A DNA stretch of 62,750 bases, counting the filler, from Sphacelaria rigidula (Eukaryota): assembly GCA_964200075.2 (NCBI GenBank). It is 10 parts of 10 records of this genome, joined end to end, with 100 filler letters (N's around TTAATTAATTAA, not from the genome) between each part and the next. Parts side by side here need not be neighbours in the genome. Positions count along the whole stretch, not along the records: positions 18,856 to 25,040 come from CAXNAA020021661.1; positions 25,141 to 31,325 come from CAXNAA020021662.1; positions 31,426 to 37,610 come from CAXNAA020021663.1; 7 more parts are not named here. One strand, 5' to 3'. Both the position numbers and the translations under genes were made by a program. The notes beneath the pieces are model-generated. The model was not told where the DNA came from, ran no database searches, and worked only from the letters and a program-made list of their open reading frames with translations. The first letter of the stretch is position 1, and every line of letters starts with the position of its first letter. This document shows positions 23,589 to 36,360 of this stretch, one piece after another.

Positions 23589-25140
23589 CGCAGTTGTCTC
23601 GTGTGCTCGGTACTTCCCGCACCAAAGCGGCACTGTAATTACATCCTGTCGTGCACCCTTTTACACGGCCCTGCGCGTTCACGGCGTGGTCACACACACA
23701 CTCAATCGCTGCAACAGAATGCTGCAGACAGCGGCCGCCTGTACACGAGCTTGTACCGGAAAAACGAGCGAAATTTGCAACATTTGTTCACGCCTTTCAG
23801 TGCAGTGCACCTTCTCCCATAGCAGGTCTGGATGTTACAACGTGCACGTTGTGTACAACGTGCTTCGTAGGCAGGAGGTGAGTAGCGTTGACCCACTGTT
23901 AGAGAATGGAGTATCACCAGGCGGAAATATCCATGTATGCGTGCGTAACTGGCGCTACCGGCGGTTGCGTGTATTGGGTGCCGGAAGGTATAGCAAGACT
24001 GTAATCCGCGTTCATCATTCGGGTGTGTACTGTGAAAGGAAACAACTCATCTTAGATCTGGTGCCCCGGTACCTACCCATATTAGCCAGGTACGTGATCG
24101 CATGGTGTTTGCGCTGTACTGTATGCGGTGGCAGCGTGTTTGCGCTGTCTGCATTTTTGTACCCACGAACTCTGAGCGCACGCGCAGGACTGCTCGAGCA
24201 ATTGTTTGGAACATTCTTCGTGAGTCCGGATAAATTACTGGCCAACAAACGGGGGCGTCTGTGCTGGGAGTCACCCTGGAGGCGAACAATGATATACGCC
24301 CAGCAAGGACGAAAAGCCCCTAGTATAATTTGATTGATGTGCGGCATTGTGAAAAATCATTTGCTTGGGTCAAGTGGTGTGGATTCGCTGCCGCTTCCCG
24401 TCACAATATGCCGCCACTGCATAGGTATCTTTACATCGGCCTACATCTCGATACATCATATCTACTCGACAAGCGGTATCTTCACTTCACTCCAGGGGAC
24501 CGTCACTTCACTTCAGGCAACGTATCGTCACTTCATGGGGCAAACAACGTTTCGCCACCACACTACGGAGGCTTCGTGGATTCTTCACGTCGGTAAACAT
24601 GAGGCAACCAGTAGTGCCGTTGCTCGCCAGCAGTAGACATATCGATTGCATAAGATATTACATGCAGGACTCACGCCCTGATCATTTTGTTTTGTCCACC
24701 CTTCCTCTACTGTAGCGTTGCGTTTGATTCTTCCCTTCACAGTGACCCATATTTTATTTTATCTTATTTTATGCTTTTCTATTTTCGTCTTGATTCATTT
24801 TGAGGTTTCGGAATTGCACACGAACACATAAGAAGAGCCCGCACTAACACTACGCCCCCCCGTCCGCCCCTGCCGCTTTTACGGTTCGATTTTGCTCTCT
24901 CCTGTCGTCCCGAACGTATGTGTCGTGGTCTGATCACGAGGTGATACTGGTTTCACTCTCGAAGGACATGTTAGGCCAGGGGTGACACGAGGTCAGAGGC
25001 TGGCTATCAAAAACAATTGCAGTCGAGAGGAATGACCCCTNNNNNNNNNNNNNNNNNNNNNNNNNNNNNNNNNNNNNNNNNNNNTTAATTAATTAANNNN
25101 NNNNNNNNNNNNNNNNNNNNNNNNNNNNNNNNNNNNNNNN

Positions 25141-25210
25141 GGGGCATCCTCACTTGTTGCTTGCCTTAGTTGTTTGACCATTGACCACGCATCCCTTTCG
25201 AGACGGGGCA
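25141..25210. repeat. ~75-bp dispersed repeat family
   Basis: ttgttgcttgccttagt..tttgaccattgaccacgcatccctttcgagacgggg. Other copies at 56566-56598 and, inverted, ~58258-58332 and ~59244-59320. Confidence 0.8.
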
Positions 25211-25650
25211 TCGGAGCACACACGACTATGGGGGGGGAAATGTTACACAACTAGTCGCCGGTGGACGACTATAGGTCGAGAAAGCTGTGCAACTATTCGC
25301 CCGTGGCAAACAACTCGATAAAAACGTTGGGTAGCGGTCGTTTTTGAAGGGGCTTTTTCCAGACAAAATCTCGACATTATCGGTCCGCTTCAACTTGGTA
25401 CAAAAAATGGAAGGGCATGTTTCCTACCGAGTTCAGGAAATAGGTCAAGTTGTAATTTCTGCTTTTTCAAATATCGTCACGCTTGTCGGGCAACCGTACG
25501 CAACACGTTTCGGGTTGCACAACGACTCTGGACAATCTCTAGATAGCAGAACCATCAGAATGGTGTGGCAGATGAAAATAACACTGTCCAGAATACTGGC
25601 AGACTCGGGAATCGGTGCAACAGCCGCTATATGTCACCGAAGCACCTCTT

Positions 25651-25651
<1 letters not shown>

Positions 25652-25720
<69 letters not shown>
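25652..25720. repeat. (CA)n microsatellite
   Basis: Seen directly. Confidence 0.98.
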
Positions 25721-25722
<2 letters not shown>

Positions 25723-26549
25723 GAGAGTACATGAAGCACAAATATCGCCACAAAACTAAACTACACACGATAGCCAACTGAATATCTGGTGGTCTCAATA
25801 TTATCTTTACAGGGTGTGAAATAATCTACGCCCTTCGAGAACCTTGGATACCCCAGGGTGTCGTCAACAGGCAAAAACTCTGCTAGACCAAGCTCGTAGT
25901 CGAAGGTTTTGCCCTCTAAGGACAATAGTAGCACCATCGCGCCAACAGCAGTAAATGTATGCGATCAACACCAACAACTGTTGATGGACAGCTGAACGGT
26001 GCAGCGCGCACTTCCTTACTGGTTGTTGTACGTGCTCCAGGTGCGACTCGGGGTGGAGATGGTTGGGGGTGGTGTTTTGATTTTGAGCATGAGGTTTGCG
26101 GAAACGTCCCCTCCATGAAGGTTGGAAACGGTGCACCTGTCTTGCTCACCCATATCAACATACTGCTTTATGCCTAATGATCATTCTATTCCTCTTTTGC
26201 AAAACGGCTGCTAAGCGCTCATGTCCTTCTCGCGTCCATCTATGCCTTCCAAAACCTAAAATATCCTCCAAAACTCGGAGGACCGTGAGTGGACAACATC
26301 TCGGAACAGTATCCCATGGCGTCTAAGATATGAATCATTGACTGCGAAGGAGTCATTTTGAGAGCATGTGCTGTACTCTACCGCGAAATTTGCGATTTGA
26401 ACCTAGGAAACACGTGCTCGTGTAGCAAGATGGAAATAAACTCACAATCGAAGGCACTTACATGGGACATTGTATCGCCGCATCCTACCTTGCCATATCG
26501 CACGAGGTTGTACTGCATGTCTGCAGTTGTGCATACGATGCCCGACTGA

Positions 26550-27960
26550 TCGACGTAAAACTAACAGAGGTTGGTGATGCACCGAAGAAGCGGACTCTAG
26601 CCACGGCCATAACTGCCGACTACGAATACAGATCTTCTGACTTGCGAAAGTGTGTGCACGTAAGCATGTATCGCGCGAGCTGCTGTCGACTGCTGCCGAC
26701 CTGCAACAACGCGATCGAGCGGTGCTGTGACCAGTACTGTTGTTTTGACTATTACGACTGCTGGCTCTTAGTCGACATACCACTTCGCACTCAATGTAAA
26801 CAGCAAACCTACATGACTCCCAGCACCTCCATCCCTCAACTCACCCTTTAGCCATCTTAATAATCTTCTTGTGCTTCTTGTTGGCCCCCGCCATACCACG
26901 CCATTGCTGTCCCGCGCTACATGGGAGCTCCAACTGGCAGCCTGCACCGCATTGCGCCCCAGCAACCACTACCGCTGAAGGAGGTCTGCCCACCCCTACA
27001 GCTACTGTTGGTCGGGAAAGCGACGCAAGCAGCGGCTTTGGTCGTAACCTACGCAGCGTTAGTGTAGAAAACATGGAGCTCTACGATATTCGCTAGGATA
27101 TTCAGGTCACTGTGCCCACTGCAGTGAGCTTACAGGGATGCACGAAATGGGTCTGGATCGCAACTCGTTCCCTAGGAGGTGTGGAAAATAACTTGTTGAT
27201 ATAGACGGAATAGATGAAGACATAAATGCTAATCGATTTTTTCCACAGGCAAACTCCCACACAACACACCAAAACTGCCGGCAGTCACAAGCTTGCTAGA
27301 CAACAACTAAACCTACGCTTATCCTCGCGTACAACTTCTTCAGAAAGGCGGTGCTTTGGCCGACGCAGATAGGCCATTACTAAAATTATTGTGTTCCCCT
27401 GTGGAGCACAAAGTCCCCCTGCATCTTGTTGGTAGTAAGAACATTTGATACCTCAATGGTGGGTCCATACCCCCCACAGCAGCATCTCCAGCATATGGCG
27501 CAGGGTGATGGTGGCGGCAGCGACGATGGGGGCCGGGGCGTGGGATCAGGAGTGGGCGAACCTTCCTCCTCCACTTCCACACTTTCGTCCTTAGAAGAAG
27601 AGCGGAACAGGGTACGTGATGTTTCGTGTATCGCCTGTTGTTCGCAGCTGACGGAGAACAACAGCACACGGTACAGTAGTCAGTGTAGTTTTATCAGCAC
27701 CGTATTTGGGAGACACTCCCACAGCATCGTGTGTTCCCGGTGTGACTGAGCGCCCCGCGGCAATCTCGTTGACGAAAGAATGAGGGACAATGAGCAATGG
27801 GGCAGAGAGGACAGGAGCTCGTTACACAGCCAATACAGTGGCGGCTTTCCCAGTCCTTTATGGCGTGACCACTGTTGCGCGGTTGCTGTCCTCTACCAAG
27901 CTGATCCATGTTCACCGGTGTGTGCGGCTTTTCAGACGGTGATGACATAATAACCTTGTC
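26550..27960 (+). pseudogene. Possible highly decayed hAT transposase, C-terminal half
   Basis: Scattered fragments in hAT order: AITAD; SELTGM../IATRSLGG; a Gly/Ser linker; FPVLY..VAR.L; FSDGDDIIT (compare the dimerisation motif ER.FS.AG.IIT). Weak and frameshifted. Confidence 0.3.
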
Positions 27961-28609
27961 CCTTTTTTATAAGAAATAGCTTTGGGGCTCGATTAGTGTT
28001 GCGGTCTAGGGTAAGGGTATCAGGTGAATTTTGGGTTGGATTTTATCATTCGCCCCTCGTCTGCTCGTGTCTTACCATATACTATGAAAATCCCTCTGGA
28101 AGGCCCCGTCAACGCTTGGTATACGTACCGTGTGCTCTGCTGTAAGTTTATTTCCCCAGGAGTTCACGCACGCGCTTTCACATACACCCCTCTGTACTCT
28201 GGTGTACTTACTCCCTATATTCTGATGAACGACAGGTAATTCAGTCCAGTATCCTATATAGAGTACTGAAATATACACCATACGGTACAGTTGCACTTGT
28301 AGTTCGCCAGCGTCGACACATCATGTCTTGTGTCTCAAAAAGCGACCCTGGCGCGGGATGCCCCCCCCCCCGGGAACATGTAGAGCATAGCATTACTGCG
28401 TCTAATGCCAGTGCTTTGCACACACAGGAGGTATGTAGCAGGTATACTGAATGAACTGAACTCGCACGCACGCACCCAAGACTGCTGTGATGTACAATTT
28501 AGCATCCCTTCATTCGTGACTTTTGTGACTGTGTCCGGCAGCGGCGGTACCGCCGAATATCTTTGAAAACCGCATGCCAACATATATATTCCCCATATAT
28601 TCACACGAT

Positions 28610-29370
28610 TTTTCCGGTGTAGTTCTGCGGTCAGTTATGAACAAACATTTTGAAGCCATGTGCTATTATACTGCATGACCTTGTGTGTTGCACAGTACCG
28701 TACTGAATGTATATATTCTTGGCATATTCTTGTGTTTTTGTCGATGTTTTCCAACGTGACAGCTCCTCGGTATAATGCAAAAGTTTAATCGCCATGATCC
28801 TTCTTCATAGTTCTCGTTGATGCAGTGACGAAGAAACCCTCAATTCCTCTTCGATGTGGAGGCTTCAGGCACATTGCCTTGAAAAATTGCATGAGCCTTG
28901 AGGTTATGCACGACATCTACCTATCCCCGCCACAGTGTTGACGTCGTTTTTTTCTTCACCGCCGTTTTTTTCCCCTCCACATTTAATTTGTGTCATCATG
29001 CCGCATAATATATTTTGACCGATTTGTTTGTTGCATCCGCATACCCTAAACAAAACAAAACGGAAATGCACACAGTGGTATGAGGCGGCTGTGAGCGCGG
29101 CGAGCGACCTGCACAGCATGACGCAAGTTTGGGACAGAGCGGTGAGGGGGAAAAAAATCGCTTGTCCATTTTTAACATGGCAGTTTCTCATCGTGTTTGC
29201 TTAGGTGTCGAGAGGGCTTGGATACATGAGGGGGGAGGGGGCACAAACCGCCAATACAGTATTTCTCCGCAGTAGATTCGCATGTCGGGCAGTTGTTGGC
29301 TAGCTGTCGAGAAAACCTCTCTTTGCTCGCCTTGAAAAAGTGTCGAAAATTGCAGACCTTCTCACCAAGG
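28610..29370 (-). pseudogene. Possible decayed hAT transposase N-terminus (BED zinc finger)
   Basis: NFRHFFK...CPTC...SKPSRHLSKH is BED-like. Downstream QHTRSCSIIAHGFKMFVHN*PQNY compares with hAT RPFSIVE..GF..FV..L.P.Y. Confidence 0.4.
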
Positions 29371-32198
29371 TTTGAAAAGGTCATGAGCTCTGTCGTCGTC
29401 ACTGTACCGTCCAGCTCACCACCTCCGTTGTTGAGTCGTACCGGCCTCTGATACATGCCCCGCACCCCTCATGAAACTGTCACCACGAAACAGCGGGTAG
29501 TCGTTGTTTAGTCATTTTTTTCTCCCGTGACTCCCGTCCTGATATGTCACACAAGTCCGTAAAATGGGGGGAAAACAAGCGACGAGTGTAACGCAAGAAA
29601 TGTGTCTCTCTGTTGCGACCCTGATGTGAGTTTCTAGATGTAAATTGGACGCAATATACTTCATGGTGTGCCGGAATCCAACGCGCTCTTGAGTTGGGCA
29701 TTTGGAGCTCTTTGTTCCGCTGTTGGGTGGCTCATACACGCGATCGCCGTGGTGACGTCGTTTTGTGCAGCGAGATGCTCTAGATACGGCGACGAACGAA
29801 AACCTGCGGGCTCTGGCGTACAGCATAGCCCAAAGGAATGTGGCGGAGAGAATCGCCAACATGGGTGGGGTCGTCGTCGTGGACGACGATAGGAAGGCCC
29901 GAGGGTCAACGAAGAAAAAGCAGCAGACCGACCGAACGTCCTCAAGGGTAAGAGTCCGGCGCAAATATATTTTGTTTGGGCTGCATCTAGAATAAGGGGT
30001 GGATACGAGAGTAGCGAAAATAAGCAGGGTTCAAATGACGGTGTCGTGTTAAAAGGGAGGCGGTTGATGAAGTCATGGTAAAAGCTGGAGGAGCTAGCAT
30101 GTTCGTGTGTGTGTGCAAGATATTGTAAAACGAAAACTGACTATTCTCACTGAAACAGTAGTAGTTTGAAGAAAGAGTTCATTAGCAAAAGAAATAATGT
30201 CAAGATCAACCGATGCGTTGCGTTGTGCTCGTGTATCAACTACGTAGCAGCAGCGTTCCTGCACCCTCTCCAGTGCACGGTGTGTATCCAGCAGATGGTC
30301 AAGTAGCGGGCAGCTTTTGCATACAACGGGTAGCACGTATCTTCTACGGTAAAACAGCAACGTCTTTGGCTGTGTTTCACGTACAAATTTCGTGTTCCTT
30401 ACCTGCGAAAGGCGAAGGAGTGAAGGAGCATCAGCAAGGAAGTAGCGCGGGTATGACTCACGGGTTGGTCCCAAGTCGGCGGTGTGGGATCGAGAGGCAA
30501 GAATCCCCCTCACACACCTCCCCTACCCCGAATTGTGCGGTACGAACGGGGCCGCAAGCACACTCGCTATATTCAACTTGAGAAAAAGGAGGAATGAATG
30601 TAAATTTCTTGTGTTTTTCATTGGGTTCCTCATTTTTTTCCGAGATTTTTTCGCCTTCCTTATTCTACAAGGCGCCCGTCTGACAATGACCTCTCCAGTG
30701 CAACGCGATGTTCCAAATCTTTATATACAGTAAGTATATCGAAAGGACTTCTCGCTTCGTATGCTCGTTTTTGATGTCGATGTCTGTTTCCGATCCGTTG
30801 TTTCGCGTTGTGCATTTTAATATCCCTCGAGCGATTTTATGGTAGACCTGTGGATCGAAAATAATCTCCCCATCCCACCTCTCGCAGCGACGGCTGGAAG
30901 GGGGTTGTCAACTTGGTACTTCAAAAGGTGTCAGAGACGGGGAGAGGGAGGGAAGGGGAGAAAGCGGAAGCAATTGCACAGGCTCTCTGCCGCGCGGGAG
31001 TCTACGTAGTATCTAGGAGGAAGTCGGGATACACTCGCTTTTTCGCTGGCATCGCGTAATGTCAGGCGCACAAGCAGCTGACGGCTTCCATTAAACGACA
31101 CGGCGCCCCCCTCCCCTTTTTGTCATACTTATAACCCCTCTCATGTCCTCCGGACGAGCCCGTAGTTTCAATTTCAAGGGAATTACTCTCTCCCCTGAAC
31201 TACAAAGAACACCTTCGCTTTGTCTGCTCTGAGCCATCTTCGTAGTTTCATACCATTGTTTTCTCCTTCTGCGGCACTATACCCCCAAAGTTGTTTTTCA
31301 ACGAGCGCCCCGCTCTGTGGTCATTNNNNNNNNNNNNNNNNNNNNNNNNNNNNNNNNNNNNNNNNNNNNTTAATTAATTAANNNNNNNNNNNNNNNNNNN
31401 NNNNNNNNNNNNNNNNNNNNNNNNNGTGTCTGGGCTGCGTGTACCTTGATTGCAACGCTGAAATAAAGCCTAGGTATTGATTCGTCACCAGTCGACTCAT
31501 TTGACTAAAATCAAGTGATTTTCAGACGAATCATTATTTGTCCGACCCTTGAAAGGAAGCACCATATATATTTTTTTTCGCGAGTTAAGGGCAATAATCA
31601 GTTTTCAGGTTTCAGTAAAATGCTCTTAAGGCCGTTTCTTCCGGTTGGTTATTTCTCCTCCAGTGTTATTCCTTTTCGATAACATGGAGGCGGTGTTTTG
31701 GGAACTTAGGCGTGAAGAGAACCCGCACCTCGTTTCAGATGACGCCGAAACTTGGAGAACGTATACATTAGTATTAGAGGAAGGTGTCACAGTCACAGCT
31801 GCGGCAGGGAAAGTCGCTCATGGCCCCGTCTGCATCGATGCGGTGGATAATCACCGCGCGCCGATTTTTGTTTCTTCAACACCCTGCTGTCTGATGACGA
31901 TTATAGTGAGTACAGTGGCAGTTGAGCACGCTGACTGTGCATGGATCCTGCCGACCTCATCATCAATATTCGCCCAGTTATGGATTAACGCTCGAAGAAA
32001 CCCAGCAAACAAGCATTGTTTATGGTCCGTTATATATATGAGGGTTGGGAGGCGAACGTTTTCGCTCCAAAACGGTCGACAGTCGAAGGTTAACTTCCTG
32101 TCGCGCGACCAGTGGGTAGCGCGACGGGCCCTTGCCGGCGTACCTAGTACTGCAGGCGACATCCCGGTACAGACAGCCCCACCACTGCCAGGACAGCC

Positions 32199-33503
32199 GT
32201 GCAAACAGGCTTGCAGGCGGGGTGGGCGTTGCAGGACCGCCTCTACATCGCGGACCGCAAGGAAGCTGCGAGGAAGAAGGGGTTGATTGCGGCCAACGCC
32301 AAGAGGAAGGCAAACCCAGTTGAGGTTGGTGGCGACAAGGCTGTACGAAAGGGCCCGTCAGCGTTTTCGAACAGTCCCGGGGAGCCCGACGTGGGGGCGG
32401 CGCAAGGGTTCGCGGGGTCCCCGACATTGCCGGGTCCGATCGCCGAACAACCGGTACTTCAACCGGCGGCGGCGCCAGCAGCAGAGGCAGTAGCCGGGGG
32501 GCAAGGTTCCCTGGTAAAGGCAGAGGAACTGAAGGATAACATCGCAGCATCTCGCCAGGGTGCCGTCGATGATTTACAACACGACCGATGGGCCTACGGA
32601 GAAAGGCCTGACGACTGGCTGAGTCCACACAGCCTTATGTTCGCCATGTTTGGGCGGTGCGCTGGCAGGCATGAGGACGAGGATCTCAAGATGGTGATGA
32701 CAAGCGGTCCCAGCGGGACGCCTGGGAAGGGAAAGGCGAAATACGCCCTGGTTGGGAATGGAAACTCCTCCAGCAGCGGGGGGTGCGATGATGTCGAGTC
32801 GACGTCTTCATCTACGACCGATGAAGGACCTACGCTGACCACGCGCGCTCTGACGACGTTGGGTGCGGTCGGCGTAGGGGGTTCTATGAACCGCGCCGAT
32901 ATAAAAAAGGAAAAGCATGCGCTGAACTCGAGCCCGAAGAGGGGAAGGGAGGTGCAAGAGCTTCTTGACCTGAAGCGCCGCGCCTTGGAACACATGATGA
33001 AGCCGGTTTAAGAGTCAAAGACTTCTATCCGGCTCTGCAACAGCGTGGAACTGCTGGCGAACGCTGTGTGCGAGGGGCAGCTTAGGGATCGCTGGCAGCA
33101 ACGATTCAACACCAAAAGAACGGAGCTCGCGCTCCTGGAGGAGTGGGGCAAGGGCCAGTCCGAAAGAGCGAATAATGTACGGATGAGTATTCTTGAGCTG
33201 TTGGACAACGAGCCCGGCGAGACCCCCCTCCCCGCCCCCCAGCCGACCACTCCTGACCCATTCGCCGCTCGTAGCGAGTCCGCGACACCGCTGGATGGGG
33301 ACGTTGGTGTCGCGGACTTCTCCGGCAACCCCGCTTACCCGCTCTTGCCGGGATATGAGGCACCGGTGGACGGTGGTAGTCCAGCAGACACCAATGGCGA
33401 CGCCGGCGCGCCCCTCGATCTTAGCGACGACACTGCGCACGGTGCTGCTGCAAACGCCCTGGAAGGAGAGAGGGTGGCCGGTGGAGATGCGGAGTGGAGC
33501 TGA
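32199..33503 (+). pseudogene. Probable PIF/Harbinger accessory (ORF1-type) gene with one in-frame stop
   Basis: ORFs 32199-33011 and 33045-33503 share a frame and are separated only by TAA at 33009-33011. The region is GC-rich and protein-like (RPDDWLSPHSLMFAMFG, charged helical segment), and is convergent with the transposase. No Myb/SANT domain is visible and the true 5' end is unknown, so the assignment is from context. Confidence 0.55.
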
Positions 33504-33652
33504 GGAAGTGGGCGTCTCCTGCCCGGGTTCAACGGCGTCGACGATGGAGCAACCACGATACCCAAGAAAGGGCCCGCCGGAGACATCGCAATGTAAATGA
33601 TTTCGGCGGCATATTTGAATGTCTGGAGTCTTGGGTTTATGTCATTCTTTGA

Positions 33653-34410
33653 CACAGGACGTGTTGGAAAAGGTCACACGTTCGCGCCCCAGTGATTTGA
33701 GGTTGCACGCACAATAAAGATATTGTTTTACACAGGAGTTGCCGGGAGTGGACGGATGTTGGCGTGCTCAGTAGTTTTAACGAACATGTTTTTTTTTACC
33801 GTGGGAGGTGGTGGTAGAGGACAAATGTTTGCGTGTGCAGAAGTTTTGATGTCGATGTTTTTTTTCCCAGGTGGTGCTGGCAGTGGACAGATATTTGCGT
33901 GCGCAGTAGTTTTGATGTACGTATTTTTTCACACAGGAGGTGCCGGGAAGGAACAGATGTTTGGGTGCTCAGTACTGATAGTTTTAGTTCGAATACACGA
34001 CAGGGAAAATCACAGGAGGTGCCGGGACGGAACAGATGTTTGCGTGCTCAGTAGTTGTGGTGTACATGCTTTCTTACGCAGGAGGTGCTGGCAGGGGACA
34101 GATGTTTGCGTGCTCAGTATTTTCACCCTACACAAATAAAAAAATAAAAAATTACACAGGAGGTGCCGGGACGGATCAGATGTTTGCGTGCTCATCAGTT
34201 GTGGGGTACACACTTTTTTACGCAGGAGGTGCTGGCAGGGAGCAGATGTTTCCGTGCTCAGTACTTTTACCTTACGCACATAACAAGAATATTTTTTCTC
34301 ACAGAAGGTGCCGGGACGGAACAGATGTTTGCGTGCTCAGCAGTTGTGATGCACATATTATTGTACACAAGAGGTGCTTGGGGTGGATGCATGTCTACGT
34401 GCCTACTGCT
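33653..34410 (+). repeat. 11-unit tandem array: ~42-bp conserved core plus variable T/A-rich linkers
   Basis: Core CACAGGAGGTGCCGGGACGGAACAGATGTTTGCGTGCTCAGT starts at about 33653, 33731, 33800, 33866, 33932, 34011, 34077, 34155, 34221, 34300 and 34366. Confidence 0.92.
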
Positions 34411-36360
34411 CATCCGGAGGAGGGTGGTAATCACGGCATGCAACACATGGACATGGTACCTCGACGTGGCGGAATGTATATCAGTGAAAGCGAACGTGAA
34501 TATCGTATTTTTCCAGCATCACGCAACTAGAGGAGGGCATCTTGAAGAAAGGAATCGGTCATTGCCGGTTCTTGGAAACCGTAGTAGGCGGATAGCGGTT
34601 TCCGTTCTGATGTCCGGTTAACCTGGGGAAATGAGGCGTCGTTACAGCGGTTTAGCGGCGAAAACGTGACATATGACACGTTACACGTTACACGTCAGCC
34701 ACCCTTCTCTTGGCTAGGGACCTAACCCTAACCCTGATGGATACTGTCGACTCCTTTTCAGAGATTATCTCCTCCACGTGACTGGTTCCGTCACAGATGG
34801 GCACCAGGGTGAAGAAGTACCATCCAAATTTCACCGTCCATTGCCGTGATGGCGGGACATCATGACAATCGTTAACCTCACAAAGCCGCGCCCAGGTCGA
34901 GCCGTGGTGTTTGTTTTCTTCATCTGTTACAGTATGTATATACTATTTCTACTTTTTGCCTTATTACCGGTCTCTTTGATAGATGTCGTTTCAAATTATA
35001 GTATATCTTCCCAGTGTGTTTTATTTGCTTAACTTTACTATGTTCTATTGTTCATGTCAAGCGACCGTCTTTGGTGCACCCCTGGTGGTTTGTGTATTCT
35101 AGCCAGCCTTCGTACTCGGAGTGAAACTCCTGCGTAGCTTATGTATCAGCAGTCAAAAAGCGACACCCCGAACACTAATCCAAATTCGTCAAACAGGAAA
35201 AAGTCTGGTCTGGCCGTCGGTGGGTTTTCAGTTGCGCACGTAAGCGCTTGCACCATTTCCGATCAAGCATTACAATCGGTGTTACCAGCCACTGTGCCGT
35301 ACGTTCGACAGATGTTGCATGTATGTGCGTGGATGTATGAGATTTAAACTCGACGCCAACGGCAATGAGAGCGTTTGAGTGTATCCAGTACACGCCACAA
35401 TAACGCCTTATTTACCCGCGCCTCGATGATTCGGAGGCGACCGGTTTAACCGTCACACGGTTTTTATATTTTGCTGAAGAGTAACGCCTCCTATCCGGTC
35501 ATCGGTTTTACTTTTGTGGCACGTTGGAAATAGGTATTGTTGTGACATTCCGGACTTGACCGACAGAGTGCAAGCATCAACATGGTTCTCCCTTCATTCG
35601 TGCAGGGCTGATGTCTCCTCTTCAACCTCGAAGTTTACGACCAAACATCAACATTCGAAAACAAAATCATCGGATTCGAGCATGCGTGGTCTAAACTTTT
35701 TGTACCAAGAAAAAGCCTCCAACCACTCTATGTCTGCATCGCAGCAAATCCGCCTTGGCCCATCCTGCATACCAATGAACTGAAAAAAAAGACGGTTCGG
35801 GTGGCGTTTTACCGACAAGGCGGTGTAAACGTCGGTCTGCGTGCAAAAAGCGATGCTACGAAAAGAATCGAAGGCGATAAGCTAAACACCTCTATCACTC
35901 CCGACCCCAAATGTACACGCAACCCCAACACGAAACAAAACTCACGTAATTCGCACATTAGCGCATGCCTGTACTGTTGGAATAGTTTGACGTCCAAACA
36001 AAGCACTCTCGGATACCAGACATATGTCGAGCACTGCAGCAATTTTTTGCCGGAGCCGTACACCCTCAAAAACAGCAGACGGAAGCACATCCTCCACCAC
36101 CCCCATCCGAGACTGACGCGTTGCCCTGAACTCAGCGCTTGGCACATCACCCGGAGAACACTTCGCTCTTCCGCTCCCAGCCCAACGTCAAACAAACACT
36201 GGCACTTGGAACGGTAATCACAATATGTCTGAATCAAGCGCAAGCCTGCTCATTCCGTAGGCCAATAAGCAGGGTATGGGTAATTGATGAAGCCCCCTTC
36301 ACCACAAGCGTAACTTCCATCGCCAGTGTATAAAACCCCCCGAAAGAGTGCCCGCAAGGC

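Noticed and set aside
23686..24636. 215-aa and neighbouring ORFs
   Set aside because: No motifs, and the Cys/Arg-rich composition is typical of spurious frames.
13731..25040. EsV-1-7 gene as part of a provirus or linked to the Gypsy element
   Set aside because: No viral core genes lie nearby, the domain is common in host genes, and the Gypsy element is on a different contig.
33653..34410. CRISPR array
   Set aside because: Linkers are homologous to each other in alternating fashion, cores are degenerate, no cas genes are present and the context is eukaryotic. Kept as a tandem array.
33723..34621. ORFs with GGAG..QMFACS repeats
   Set aside because: These are translations of the tandem array; the 79-bp units shift the frame.
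34721..34735. Telomeric CCCTAA repeats
   Set aside because: Only about 2.5 units; too short to call.
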